From: Flavobacteriales bacterium
GTDB lineage: Bacteria; Bacteroidota; Bacteroidia; Flavobacteriales_C; CBFIFL01
Length of the DNA stretch: 64,000 bases
Assembly (NCBI GenBank): GCA_965661855.1
Contig: CBFIFL010000003.1
Location: 4,614-68,613 of the forward strand
Reading direction: 5' to 3'
Each line of letters begins with the position of its first letter. The first letter of the stretch is position 1. The translations under genes were made by a program, and so were the position numbers. Shown here piece by piece: positions 38,901-48,162 of this stretch. Under the pieces are notes generated by a model. That model was not told the origin of the DNA and searched no databases. It worked only from the letters and a program-made list of their open reading frames with translations.

Positions 38901-41900
38901 TGGAAGCGATGATGCAATTGTAGCTGTGAGTCCTGATGTCACGGAAGTAATTGAAGTAGAGGCAGACGAGTTAAATGGTAATACGGATTCGGTGGATTTA
39001 GCAACGGAAATAGATGAGCCTTCAGACGAGGAGGAAGCTGTTGAACTGAGTGATGAAGAAATTGCCAGTAGTTCTTTTGAAACGTTAAATGAAGAGCAAC
39101 AGCTTTATAAATTGGAGCTTGAATTCGATATGGATTCATCAAGTAATGAAGATGTTCAACGAGGTTTAGAGTTAGCTTTCGGACTTAAAACGGATCCGAA
39201 TTTTGAATACGGTCCTAATGCAATTGTTCAAGCAAACGTAAATAACGCTAGAAGATTGGAACGTCAAGCCTTAAATACTTATCTACTGTTTAAAAAGAAA
39301 AGAAAAGAGGCGGATGAGCAAATAAAAGCATCTAAGGCCAAGAAGATGATTGAGGAAGCGATTGAATTAGAAAGTGAATCTAAACGTTTACAAGAAAGTG
39401 CTTCAGCTAATTACGCTATTGCAAACAAGGAGGAGTTCAAGTACAACCAAACTCAATTGAGAACAGCAATTGCAACGTTTAAATTTGAAGAGACACCAGA
39501 ATACTCCGTTGATAGAAAAGCTGGAGAGGTTTTGATTGAAGAAACAACAAGAATCAGATCAGCTTTAATGACAACTTATGATGCTGATGAAAGAATTAAA
39601 AAAATCAATGATGCTTATAATAAAGAGTTAGCGGCGATCGCAGGACAAAAGAAGTATGTGGAGCGTTTAGGTCAAGAAGAGGACGTGGAAGAGTCGTTTG
39701 TTTACTTGAATGAAGGAGAAAGTAACCCGACAAATGAAGACTTAGAAAGTGGTCAATCAGAAACGGAGAATACTGACGAAATCGAGAGTGTGAGTGCAGA
39801 AGAAGGTCCGTTTATAGCTGGGACAGATGAGGAGGTTTTATCAATGGAAGAAGTTAATTCAATGAGTGATGAAGAGTTGTTGACAAAAGCGGATAATCAA
39901 ACGATTGAAGGAATCGCGAGTACTGCTTTAAATATCAGATCAAATATTTCTACAGCTCCAGAAGAAGATAAAGCTAAGTTGATGCAACGAGCGGCTTTGT
40001 TAGAAGAAGTTGCTAGAACGAAAAGATTGAAGTTTGTTCAGAAAGAATACAACGATTACTTGTTGATGCTGAAGAAGAATGAAGAGGTTAGAAGAAGAAT
40101 GGCTATGCGTGATGAAAATAGCGAGGCTTTATTCTTAGTAGGATTGGTAGAAAGAGACATTAAAACTCAAACGGAGGCATTAGAGAAAAGTAAGGAAGAT
40201 TTAGATTTGTATTCTGGAGAAACACAGATCAGTGCATATAAAACAGCCTTGTTAAACCAACAAATGATAATCAATAAGCAAACTCAGGTATTAAAGACAT
40301 ACGCCGAGAAAAATCCTGCAGTAAGTACTGAGGATTTGGCTTATGTAAATGCTTTACCAGATACGATTCAGAATGTATCATCTAATTTTGTAATCGTCGA
40401 TTCAAATGACCCAGATTTACTGATTACTGATAGTCCTGAAGAAGTAAGTCCTGAAGTAGAAGTTGTTGAACCAGAAATTGCTTCAACTGAAATACCAGAA
40501 CCTGCTGTTATAAGTGGTGAAGAAGAAGGTGAAGGTGATGAAGAAGCTAATGAGGAATTGGCTTTAAACATCCAAACAGAGAACAATACAGAGGAAGGCG
40601 AGGAGCTAACTGTTGGTGATAGTGATGAGTCGGATGAAAATAACGAGCTTGTTAATGAGGAGATAGCTAGTGAAGTAGTTTCTGAAACTGCTGTTGATTC
40701 AAATGAAGAAATTCAGAGTCCTGTTGTTGAAGAAGTTGCAGTAGCACCAGTTACTGAAGAGGAAGAAGCCTTGAGTCCAGAGGTTCAAGAGCAACTGAAA
40801 ATATACACGCAGTTAAAAGCGAAGTCACTTAAAGAGTATACGGTAGTTGAATCGGATATTCAAAAAGCTCAAGAGATTCAGAATGAAGCAATAGAATTAG
40901 AGAATGAGGCAGATAATAAATTAAGACAAACAGAGTCTGCTCAAACTGAAGCTGAAATTGAGGCATTGATTGCAGAATCAGATAAGTTAAGAGCTAAAGC
41001 AATTGACAAAAGAAAGAAAGCAAATCGTTTGGCGGCTAAAGTGGATAACGATTTAGCTTCAGCTAAAAGCGTTTATAGAGAAGCTCAGAAAGTATTGAAT
41101 TCTGATGTGGTTCAAGCAAATGTTGAAGATGGAGATCGTATTGATATTGATTACACCAGTATTGAAAGACAAAGAGAGTCCATTGAGGCAGTAGATGAGT
41201 TTGTTGCTGAGTTAGAATCAAACAGAGCGGCAAATCAAAACACAAGTTCATCAAGAACCATAACAGCTCCATTTGAAAGTGAATATATTGTTTTGAATGG
41301 TGACGCGAAATATTCTGATGCGAATCCAATACCTATAGATCCAGCTATGCCAGAAGGTTTAGTGTTTAAGGTTCAGGTAGGAGCATTTAGAAATAAGATT
41401 CCACAAGACTTGTTTAAAGGAATTGCTCCATTACAAGGGGAGTCTACTCCTCAAGGATTTATTAGATATACAGCTGGAGCATTTAGTGGATTTGAGCCAG
41501 CCAATATGGCTAAGCGAGAGATTAGAAAAATTGGATATAAAGATGCTTTTGTTGTTGTTTACTTAAATGGTAGACGAATTTCATTAGGAGAAGCATTTGC
41601 CATGATGGATAATGAATCTCCAAATGATAAGTCTGTTAGATCAACACAAATTAACAAAGAAGTACAAGAGTTAAATGGAGCGGGAATAGGAGAGTCTTAC
41701 AGAGATCCAAGCATAGCAGAGTTAGTTCAAGATATCAATGAGACTAAAGGTGTAATGTATACGGTGCAGATTGGTTATTACTCTGAGTCTATTCAACCTG
41801 AGAACTTATTCAATTTAGATCCAATTTACGAAGACGATAATGATGGAGGTTATAGATACATGCATGGGATTTATAAGGATTTGAAAGCTGCTTCTAATCG

Positions 41901-42303
41901 TAAGACAGAAGTTAGAGCAATTGGAATCGAAGATGCATTCGTAATAGCTTATAAGGACGGTAATAAGATTTCAGTGGCCGATGCTAATCGTTTGATTGAT
42001 GAAGGAGCCTCTACTGTGGATGGCTCAAAGGAGTATAAGTTGAATACGGAGAATACTTCTGGAATTGTCTATAAAGTTCAAGTAGGTGCCTACTCTCAGC
42101 AAGTACCATTAGAAAGAGCTATGATATTTGTTCAGTTTGCGGATCAGGGCATAGAGCACTTCCAAAATGCAAATGGACTTACAATCTATAGTATTGGTGG
42201 CATGGATTCATACCAAGCTGCCCAATCGTTGAAAGAAACAATTCAAGCAGCTGGTATCGTAGATGCTTTCATTACTAAATACAGTAACGGGAAGAGGTTG
42301 TAA
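35956..42303 (+). CDS. Giant (2115 aa) cell-envelope protein: signal peptide, TPR-like helical region, PD40/TolB-like β-propeller repeats, ~1400-aa acidic (E/D-rich) coiled-coil/low-complexity spacer, three C-terminal SPOR domains.
   Basis: Signal MHKKLYHIVFLCLFVISLIPSELRGQ; PD40-like ...SDIYKRNKLVTGVWGEPIALGMNVNTRYDENYPFLHPDGVTLYFCS...GGYDVFKS...; SPOR-like ...LVFKVQVGAF..., ...YTVQIGYY..., ...IVYKVQVGAY... each followed by ...DAFV... segments. Confidence 0.7.
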   Translation: MHKKLYHIVFLCLFVISLIPSELRGQGTQDFENEKELIKVADKHFEKEEFVSALFMYSQLASTYPKNYEYNYRYGVCLLYGSEDKSSPIIFLNYALEGPDVSPKVYYYLGKSYHLSYRFDQAIKYYKLFELKYAEKDFMRFETDRLIQQCETAKSMLDNIKEINVYDKKTLDDKEFFRAYRLEGFKGNILVVPVEIQSDYDIKKEFKTVTFHNPNYESIYFASKGKKGSGGSDIYKRNKLVTGVWGEPIALGMNVNTRYDENYPFLHPDGVTLYFCSKGHNSIGGYDVFKSKLDTATNIWGKPSNVGFAINSPGDDIMYVTDEFKNAAYFASNRSNRQGEITIYKITSDKKTKNYKVIKGLLNQDEQPLANSEITVFDSKTGEVVGVYQSDFDGEYYITIPEDVTEIVYEVKLRGEKTVRQEISGLSDEGYEQKISIDSESLSMIITESEPIEISADDKANALAQNSSLNVNQAEDIAFNTKPINYNANEEEEEEEAEAVEEVEQSAFSADTDYTIDTDSDSDNESESEFVASNTQIVDDAYQDAEESRLDVENIKKQLDVAYMIASDKNEKAKRLASDIQKLNKDLEAGYDEEKAMEVSAKEAELTKLKQEVLVTYNVAKNLEENYKNKEEEAVFAQKYADDLKEAISLSSAEKAIEMLESTREELDRIYKKNKDAFNIDDLGGDADEKIVSLKQLSQDVDSEISAIVEEQTAIKQRAEEETEDYVKQSILLEAEDLEEELITLRSKKSKIDGELASIESEQQQFTENQEIFDEIASAESRNFSMEEIQKAEEAKSDLSKDVEIYANSETTEDMIESLADENEGELAITSDDENPSLDEINEHFDEIEEKEEFSPVEKLAELNGKVKIQERRLRSKKEELDILESTLENETDLNVKSDIYKQLVILVNKTEEEMDRLKELQGDYNAYNEQEGLNQPDLEIKETVVESVVLSDSGEMIDFDTFLEEIEAEQLASANAEESESGSDDAIVAVSPDVTEVIEVEADELNGNTDSVDLATEIDEPSDEEEAVELSDEEIASSSFETLNEEQQLYKLELEFDMDSSSNEDVQRGLELAFGLKTDPNFEYGPNAIVQANVNNARRLERQALNTYLLFKKKRKEADEQIKASKAKKMIEEAIELESESKRLQESASANYAIANKEEFKYNQTQLRTAIATFKFEETPEYSVDRKAGEVLIEETTRIRSALMTTYDADERIKKINDAYNKELAAIAGQKKYVERLGQEEDVEESFVYLNEGESNPTNEDLESGQSETENTDEIESVSAEEGPFIAGTDEEVLSMEEVNSMSDEELLTKADNQTIEGIASTALNIRSNISTAPEEDKAKLMQRAALLEEVARTKRLKFVQKEYNDYLLMLKKNEEVRRRMAMRDENSEALFLVGLVERDIKTQTEALEKSKEDLDLYSGETQISAYKTALLNQQMIINKQTQVLKTYAEKNPAVSTEDLAYVNALPDTIQNVSSNFVIVDSNDPDLLITDSPEEVSPEVEVVEPEIASTEIPEPAVISGEEEGEGDEEANEELALNIQTENNTEEGEELTVGDSDESDENNELVNEEIASEVVSETAVDSNEEIQSPVVEEVAVAPVTEEEEALSPEVQEQLKIYTQLKAKSLKEYTVVESDIQKAQEIQNEAIELENEADNKLRQTESAQTEAEIEALIAESDKLRAKAIDKRKKANRLAAKVDNDLASAKSVYREAQKVLNSDVVQANVEDGDRIDIDYTSIERQRESIEAVDEFVAELESNRAANQNTSSSRTITAPFESEYIVLNGDAKYSDANPIPIDPAMPEGLVFKVQVGAFRNKIPQDLFKGIAPLQGESTPQGFIRYTAGAFSGFEPANMAKREIRKIGYKDAFVVVYLNGRRISLGEAFAMMDNESPNDKSVRSTQINKEVQELNGAGIGESYRDPSIAELVQDINETKGVMYTVQIGYYSESIQPENLFNLDPIYEDDNDGGYRYMHGIYKDLKAASNRKTEVRAIGIEDAFVIAYKDGNKISVADANRLIDEGASTVDGSKEYKLNTENTSGIVYKVQVGAYSQQVPLERAMIFVQFADQGIEHFQNANGLTIYSIGGMDSYQAAQSLKETIQAAGIVDAFITKYSNGKRL

Positions 42304-42310
42304 TGTCTAT

Positions 42311-42550
42311 TTATTCAGTAAAATGTTTCTTCCAATCTAGATCCATTTCTTTGAAGCGTTCCAAACATTTCATCATATACTCATTAATAACGAATTGATC
42401 TATTTCTTCTGTTCCTTTTGGAAGTTCTGATTGATCTATTTTGAAGCCTTGAACATATGGTCCGTATTCCACTTGAAGTAGGTATTTCTCTGATAGACTG
42501 AACAATGAAATCTTGAAAGCTGGATGTGGAATGTTTTTTACTAATCTCAT
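42311..42550 (-). CDS. Hypothetical small protein (79 aa).
   Basis: Clean ORF convergent on the giant gene; no motif. Confidence 0.3.
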   Translation of the reverse strand: MRLVKNIPHPAFKISLFSLSEKYLLQVEYGPYVQGFKIDQSELPKGTEEIDQFVINEYMMKCLERFKEMDLDWKKHFTE

Positions 42551-42612
42551 ACTATTTTTTTAAAACAAAATTTGACAGACAGCGTATAAAGCGCCTACGT
42601 TAAAGCAAAGGT

Positions 42613-44817
42613 ATGCAAGAAATAGACTTAGAAGCAGAGAAAAAGGAAATACTTAGACGATATAAAAAATTATTGCGTTCAGCTAAGAGAGTTAAGGGGA
42701 AAGTGGATTCGAAAAGAATCCGTAAAGCTTTTGATTTAGCTCTTGATGCGCATTCTCATATGAGACGTAAGTCTGGTGAGCCGTATATCTATCACCCAAT
42801 TGAGGTGGCTCAGATTTGTGCTGAGGAAATTGGACTTGGTACAACTTCTATCATTTGTGCCTTGCTGCATGATACGGTGGAAGATACAGATGTAACGTTA
42901 GAGGATCTAGATCAAATGTTTGGTCCGAAGGTGGCTAATATTGTTGATGGTCTTACTAAACTGTCTGAGGTTATTGATCACAATGATCCAAATGCTTCCA
43001 TGCAAGCAGAGAATTTTAGAAAGATGCTTTTAACTCTTTCTGATGACTTGCGAGTTATCTTGATTAAACTTGCTGATAGGCTGCATAACATGCGTACGAT
43101 GGAGTTTATGCCTCGTAACAAGCAGCTGAAGATTTCTTATGAAACATTGGAAATTTATGCGCCACTTGCGCACCGTTTAGGATTGAATACGGTTAAGCAA
43201 GACTTAGAAAGTTTAGGTTTAAGGTATACTGAAACGGAAATATTTAATGAGATTCAAGATAAGCTTAAGAAAGGGGAGAAGGGTAGAACGCGTTTCATTA
43301 ATAAGTTTAGTTTGCCTGTTATTACAGAACTGGATTCAAACGGATTCGATTTTGATATTAAGGGAAGACCAAAATCGGTATTCTCCATTTATAATAAGAT
43401 TAAAAACAAAGGGGTAAAGTTTGAAGAGATTTATGATCTCTTTGCTATACGAATCATTTTAGATTCTGCTCCTGAAAACGAAAAGTCGGATTGCTGGAAA
43501 GTTTACTCCATAGTAACCGATTTGTATACACCACGTCCTGATCGATTAAGAGATTGGATTTCTACGCCAAAGGCAAACGGATATGAATCTTTACATACTA
43601 CTGTTATGGGACCAAATGGTCAATGGGTAGAAGTACAGATTCGAACAAAAAGAATGAATGACATTGCTGAACGTGGTTTAGCAGCACATTGGAAGTATAA
43701 AGCCAATGACGAGAACTATAAAGAGAGTCAAATTGACGATTGGGTAAAAAAGGTAACAGAGTTACTTGAAGATCCATCTCCAGGGGCTTTGGATTTTATA
43801 GACGACTTCAAAATGAACGTTTTCTCTGATGATGTTTATTGTTTTACTCCGAAAGGTGAATTGAAACGTCTACCAAAAGGAGCAAGTGCATTAGACTTTG
43901 CTTTTGAAATTCATTCCCAGGTTGGAAGTCAATGTATTGGAGCTAAAGTAAATCATAAACTAGTTCCTTTAGGATATAAGTTACAAAGTGGAGAGCAACT
44001 AGAGATTATAACATCGAAAAAACAAAAGCCCAAAGAAGATTGGCTTAAACTAGTTGTTACAGCTAAAGCTAAGAGTGCGATTAAGGATTACCTGAAAAAG
44101 GAAAAGAGAAAATTATCGACAGAAGGAAAAGAGATTTTCCTTGAAGATTTAAGGAAGTTGAAAATATCAGGTTCGGAGAGAATTATCAATGGCTTAATGA
44201 AGTACTTGAAGTTGCCAAATGTACATGAGTTGTACTATAGAGCGGCAATGGGGAATATTGATAAGAAGCGAATCAAGAAATTCTTAGAATGGGAAGTTCA
44301 GCAGAATGCTAAAAAACAAGAGCCAGAAAAAGAGACGGATGTAGTAAAGTCTAACATGATTGGTAGCAAGCAAACGCTGGTAATAGGAGACGGATCCCAA
44401 GAGTTGGATTACACTCTATCCAGTTGTTGTAATGCTATTCCTGGAGATGAAGTGTTTGGATTCATTACAATTAATCAAGGAATTAAAATCCATAAATCAA
44501 ATTGCCCTAACGCAAAGAATTTGATGTCCAAGTTTGCTTATAGAACAATAAAAGCACAATGGAGTAATCAAGAATTGGTTGAGTTTAGAGCCGATATAAT
44601 TCTCGCAGGAGTAGATAATATGGGAATAGTAAACAAGGTAACTTCTATATTATCACATGAGCAAGAGGTGAACATTAAAGAAATTAACTTTAAGACAGAT
44701 GATGGAGTTTTTGAAGGCTCCATCGGTTTGTTGGTTCACGATACTTATCACCTGAACCATTTAATTGGTAAACTGAATATGGTAGACGGTATTAATAAAG
44801 TGGAAAGAAGTTATTAA
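42613..44817 (+). CDS. Bifunctional (p)ppGpp synthetase/hydrolase (RelA/SpoT family) with HD, synthetase, TGS and ACT domains.
   Basis: HD motif ...LLHDTVEDT..., synthetase ...RPKSVFSIYNKI..., ...YESLHTTV... Confidence 0.9.
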   Translation: MQEIDLEAEKKEILRRYKKLLRSAKRVKGKVDSKRIRKAFDLALDAHSHMRRKSGEPYIYHPIEVAQICAEEIGLGTTSIICALLHDTVEDTDVTLEDLDQMFGPKVANIVDGLTKLSEVIDHNDPNASMQAENFRKMLLTLSDDLRVILIKLADRLHNMRTMEFMPRNKQLKISYETLEIYAPLAHRLGLNTVKQDLESLGLRYTETEIFNEIQDKLKKGEKGRTRFINKFSLPVITELDSNGFDFDIKGRPKSVFSIYNKIKNKGVKFEEIYDLFAIRIILDSAPENEKSDCWKVYSIVTDLYTPRPDRLRDWISTPKANGYESLHTTVMGPNGQWVEVQIRTKRMNDIAERGLAAHWKYKANDENYKESQIDDWVKKVTELLEDPSPGALDFIDDFKMNVFSDDVYCFTPKGELKRLPKGASALDFAFEIHSQVGSQCIGAKVNHKLVPLGYKLQSGEQLEIITSKKQKPKEDWLKLVVTAKAKSAIKDYLKKEKRKLSTEGKEIFLEDLRKLKISGSERIINGLMKYLKLPNVHELYYRAAMGNIDKKRIKKFLEWEVQQNAKKQEPEKETDVVKSNMIGSKQTLVIGDGSQELDYTLSSCCNAIPGDEVFGFITINQGIKIHKSNCPNAKNLMSKFAYRTIKAQWSNQELVEFRADIILAGVDNMGIVNKVTSILSHEQEVNIKEINFKTDDGVFEGSIGLLVHDTYHLNHLIGKLNMVDGINKVERSY

Positions 44818-44820
44818 AAG

Positions 44821-44860
44821 AAAAGGGACGCAATCCTAAGAAGAGATTGCGTCCTTTTTA
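44821..44860. terminator. Bidirectional terminator between the relA/spoT gene (+) and the DUF5686 gene (-).
   Basis: aaaaGGGACGCAATCctaagaagaGATTGCGTCCttttt. Confidence 0.7.
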
Positions 44861-47464
44861 TTACCACATCCATCGACGTGAATTTCTAAAGTAAGTGTTA
44901 AACCCGACTTTTATTCTCGTATCAAATACATTATCGGTATTGCCTAGTTTAAATACTTGATAAATTCCTATTTTATTCCTCGACCCGAAGATTTTGTATT
45001 CCCTTGAAATTCCAGCGAATGCTTCAACATGTAAAAGGTCTTGTTCTTTAGTATATAAGAATGAACCTCCTACATCCGTTTTCAGTTTTAATTTTTTGAA
45101 TAGCGGGATTTGATTTAAAATAGCTCCATTAAAATGGTGAAGGTAATGACCTTGGAACGTCCAATCTCTTGTGAAAATAGTCGTGTCTAATAAGCTATAT
45201 GCGTTGATAGGGTGTTGTAGAAAATAATTATCTGATGCTATGAACGATTTTCTAGCCAGGAAAATTTCACTTGCTTCACCATAAGATTTACTCATATCAA
45301 ATGCGTACCTGCTTTCACCCACAACACCAGTGGTAATGGTTTGGTCAAAACCAAAACTAAGTTTGGTGTAATTGAAAGCACTACCGGCAAAATCCGGAAT
45401 ACCTTGATGAATAGATCCATAGAACTCAGGCCATTTTGAACCTAAGATAACTTTTCGCTTAGGCTCCATGTAATATTTTTGTTTAGGTCTAAACAAGAGT
45501 CGAAACCCTGTTTCAAATTGGTTAAAAGGGTCGAAAGCAAGAGGTGTTATGTTATTGAAAGCCATGTTTACCCATTCGTAGCTTTCCATTTCATGAACGG
45601 AAGTGATTTTTGAATAGGATATTTGACCTCTAATATAAAAGCCATTTACTATTTCTCTCATGGCTGCGATATATCCACCTTCATTTCGATAGTAATTAGC
45701 AATGCTGGCCTGTTCTAAACTCATACTAAAGGATCCATTTATAAACTGGTATTCTTTAGCAATATCTGCATAGATCCAAGTGGGCTTCACGGCATCAATC
45801 ATCGAAGCTCCCGCAAAGTTATAGGTTATATCCTCATTTAAATACCCATAACTAGCTTGTCCTTCAAGGTTTAACTTCTTTTCATTTTTAAAGGTCTTTT
45901 GTGATCCAAAATATAGTCCGTTTCTATATCCTCCTATTTGCAGGATCGATTCGATATCGAATATGTCAGTCAACGTAGGGAACAAAAATCGAATGTTTTT
46001 CTCTCTGTTATAATACTCGAAGTTGTATATAATATTATCAGGGGTAAAAGTATTGTTTGCCGAGTCAAGGGAGTCTAAATAAACTTTAGAATTCTGTACT
46101 TGAAAGAGCGAGTCTCTGTACGCGATGACTTTTATTTCGGCTTTAGACAATGGTTCTGGACGGATGTTCTCCCAATAGGAACTGTCTTGGTCAACAGCCT
46201 CTTGGCTAGTGATTAGTAAAGCATTATTAAAAAACTTTTTACCGTAATCTTTATTGAATTCGAAGTCTGAATACCTAACAGTGGTGTTCCCAACCAGCTT
46301 ACTTGCTCTTAAATAGTAAGTGAATTCTTGACGATTTACCAACCACATGCTGTCATTAATCCATTCGTATTCTTGTTGAATTCTAAATTTATCGTAATAG
46401 TTTAAAGCGTAATTGTTCAACTTTAAATCTATTTTATAGATAGCAAAGGAACCGTCCAAAATATGAATTTCACCTTCAAACAAAGCCGTTTGATTTCTTC
46501 TTGGTGTTACTTTTATGTGGTGTATGTATCGACCATTTTCTCCATAAGATTTAATCAACTTAAACTTATACGGTAGGGCAGAGCCTTTGCTTAAAGGACT
46601 CACGATTGGGAAGTCACTAAGAATTTCAACATGAACTAGGTTTTCATAAAAATCAAAATGACCTTCTGCAGTGGTTAGGTAAAAAAGATTCCAGTAATTA
46701 CCTGCCGTTTTAAAACCTTCACGTATTTCCTTTACATCCTTTCCGGCTTCATAATACCGCTTAGCATAAACTTCTGCAAAGCTCATACGAGCTTCGGCTT
46801 TAGGACTGTAAGTCTTTTGAGGGACGCTGTCTTTTTGCAGTGAATCTACTTTAGAAGTATCTTTTTTTTCGAAAAGTTTCTTTAACCAACGTTCTCTGTT
46901 CTTCTCTTTTTCGGCTCTTAAGGCTGTTTTGACGGAGTCTTTTTCAAGTTTTTGTGCGTATCTACCATAATTGTCTTTCAGCTCCTCCCGATTCATTGGT
47001 CTCATTACCCCTTTGATGTAAATATTTGACTCAGTTGTTGAGAATTGAAATTGATTGGATTCCTTGTTTTCTATTGCTTGCTTAATTATAGCATAAGCTG
47101 GGTCTCGTCTTTTCTTCTTTATGGTTACCTCTTCCAGCTCAACAGACTTCTCTTTTAAATAGACGTTTTGAACTTGATCTTTATTAATAACTGTAATCTC
47201 GAACTTTTTAGTTTCATAACCGATTGCAGAGAAAACAATGCTGTAAAATCCATTCTCCAGTTTTAATTCGTATTTCCCATCTAGCTCACTGGATACTCCG
47301 TATTGCATTTCAGTATGGGATGACCTATCTGCATTAAAGACTTGAATGGAAGCGAAAGGAATAGCTTCATTGTTTTCATTTAATACAAAGCCTCTTACAA
47401 AACGATATTGTGAGAAACTCGAAAAAGCAAAAAGCAAGAAGCTAAGGATAAGAGTCGTTTTCAT
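44861..47464 (-). CDS. DUF5686 family protein with an N-terminal carboxypeptidase-regulatory-like domain.
   Basis: Signal peptide, then ...VRGFVLNENNEAIPFASIQV... (CarbopepD_reg-like), and a long β-rich C-terminal region. Confidence 0.65.
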   Translation of the reverse strand: MKTTLILSFLLFAFSSFSQYRFVRGFVLNENNEAIPFASIQVFNADRSSHTEMQYGVSSELDGKYELKLENGFYSIVFSAIGYETKKFEITVINKDQVQNVYLKEKSVELEEVTIKKKRRDPAYAIIKQAIENKESNQFQFSTTESNIYIKGVMRPMNREELKDNYGRYAQKLEKDSVKTALRAEKEKNRERWLKKLFEKKDTSKVDSLQKDSVPQKTYSPKAEARMSFAEVYAKRYYEAGKDVKEIREGFKTAGNYWNLFYLTTAEGHFDFYENLVHVEILSDFPIVSPLSKGSALPYKFKLIKSYGENGRYIHHIKVTPRRNQTALFEGEIHILDGSFAIYKIDLKLNNYALNYYDKFRIQQEYEWINDSMWLVNRQEFTYYLRASKLVGNTTVRYSDFEFNKDYGKKFFNNALLITSQEAVDQDSSYWENIRPEPLSKAEIKVIAYRDSLFQVQNSKVYLDSLDSANNTFTPDNIIYNFEYYNREKNIRFLFPTLTDIFDIESILQIGGYRNGLYFGSQKTFKNEKKLNLEGQASYGYLNEDITYNFAGASMIDAVKPTWIYADIAKEYQFINGSFSMSLEQASIANYYRNEGGYIAAMREIVNGFYIRGQISYSKITSVHEMESYEWVNMAFNNITPLAFDPFNQFETGFRLLFRPKQKYYMEPKRKVILGSKWPEFYGSIHQGIPDFAGSAFNYTKLSFGFDQTITTGVVGESRYAFDMSKSYGEASEIFLARKSFIASDNYFLQHPINAYSLLDTTIFTRDWTFQGHYLHHFNGAILNQIPLFKKLKLKTDVGGSFLYTKEQDLLHVEAFAGISREYKIFGSRNKIGIYQVFKLGNTDNVFDTRIKVGFNTYFRNSRRWMW

Positions 47465-47493
47465 CAGGTTAGTTTAGGAGTAATAGCAACGAA

Positions 47494-48162
47494 TTAGCTT
47501 TTGTTTAATTGTCCACCCAACACGTATTGAACAATGTTAGCTCCCATCTGAAGAGCTTCTTGTCTTTTGGCTGAACTATCTTTATGAACAGATGAATCTT
47601 CCCATCCATCACCTAAATCACTTTCTGAAGTATAGTATAATACTATTCTTCCCTCATGGATAATAGCTAAGCCTTGTGGCGCTTTTTTATCGTGTTCATG
47701 AATCTTTGGTAATCCTTTCGGGAATTTAAACTTCTGATGGTATATCGGATGATTAGCAGGAAGCTCAATAAGTTTATATTCAGGGAACACTTTTTTTATT
47801 TCAGCTTTAACAAAAGCGTCCATACCATAGTTGTCATCGATGTGAAGAAAACCACCTCCTAAAAGGTACTTTCTTATATTTTCTCTTTCCTGTGAGTTGA
47901 ATACGACATTTCCATGTCCTGTCATATGAATAAAAGGGTAGTTGAATATGTCGCTACTACCCACAGCAACGGTTGCTACACTTTTATTGATATTACTTTT
48001 TAACTCTTTGTTACAAAACTTAACCAGGTTAGGAACGGAGGTAGGGTTGGCATACCAGTCACCACCACCATTGTATTTTAATACGGCAAACGAATAAGAG
48101 CTTTTGATTTGTAAAGCTGAAAAGCCTAAAGCTAATAATAAGACGAATAGTAATCTAATCAT
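47494..48162 (-). CDS. DUF4159 family protein.
   Basis: ...FAVLKYNGGGDWYANPTSVPNL... Overlaps rsmE by 8 nt. Confidence 0.55.
   Translation of the reverse strand: MIRLLFVLLLALGFSALQIKSSYSFAVLKYNGGGDWYANPTSVPNLVKFCNKELKSNINKSVATVAVGSSDIFNYPFIHMTGHGNVVFNSQERENIRKYLLGGGFLHIDDNYGMDAFVKAEIKKVFPEYKLIELPANHPIYHQKFKFPKGLPKIHEHDKKAPQGLAIIHEGRIVLYYTSESDLGDGWEDSSVHKDSSAKRQEALQMGANIVQYVLGGQLNKS

Noticed and set aside
37364-41329. Short ORFs inside the giant gene (37364..37549, 38760..39142, 40368..40586, 41063..41329).
   Set aside because: These are alternative-frame artefacts of the E/D-rich, purine-rich coding sequence (GAA/GAG repeats read open in other frames).
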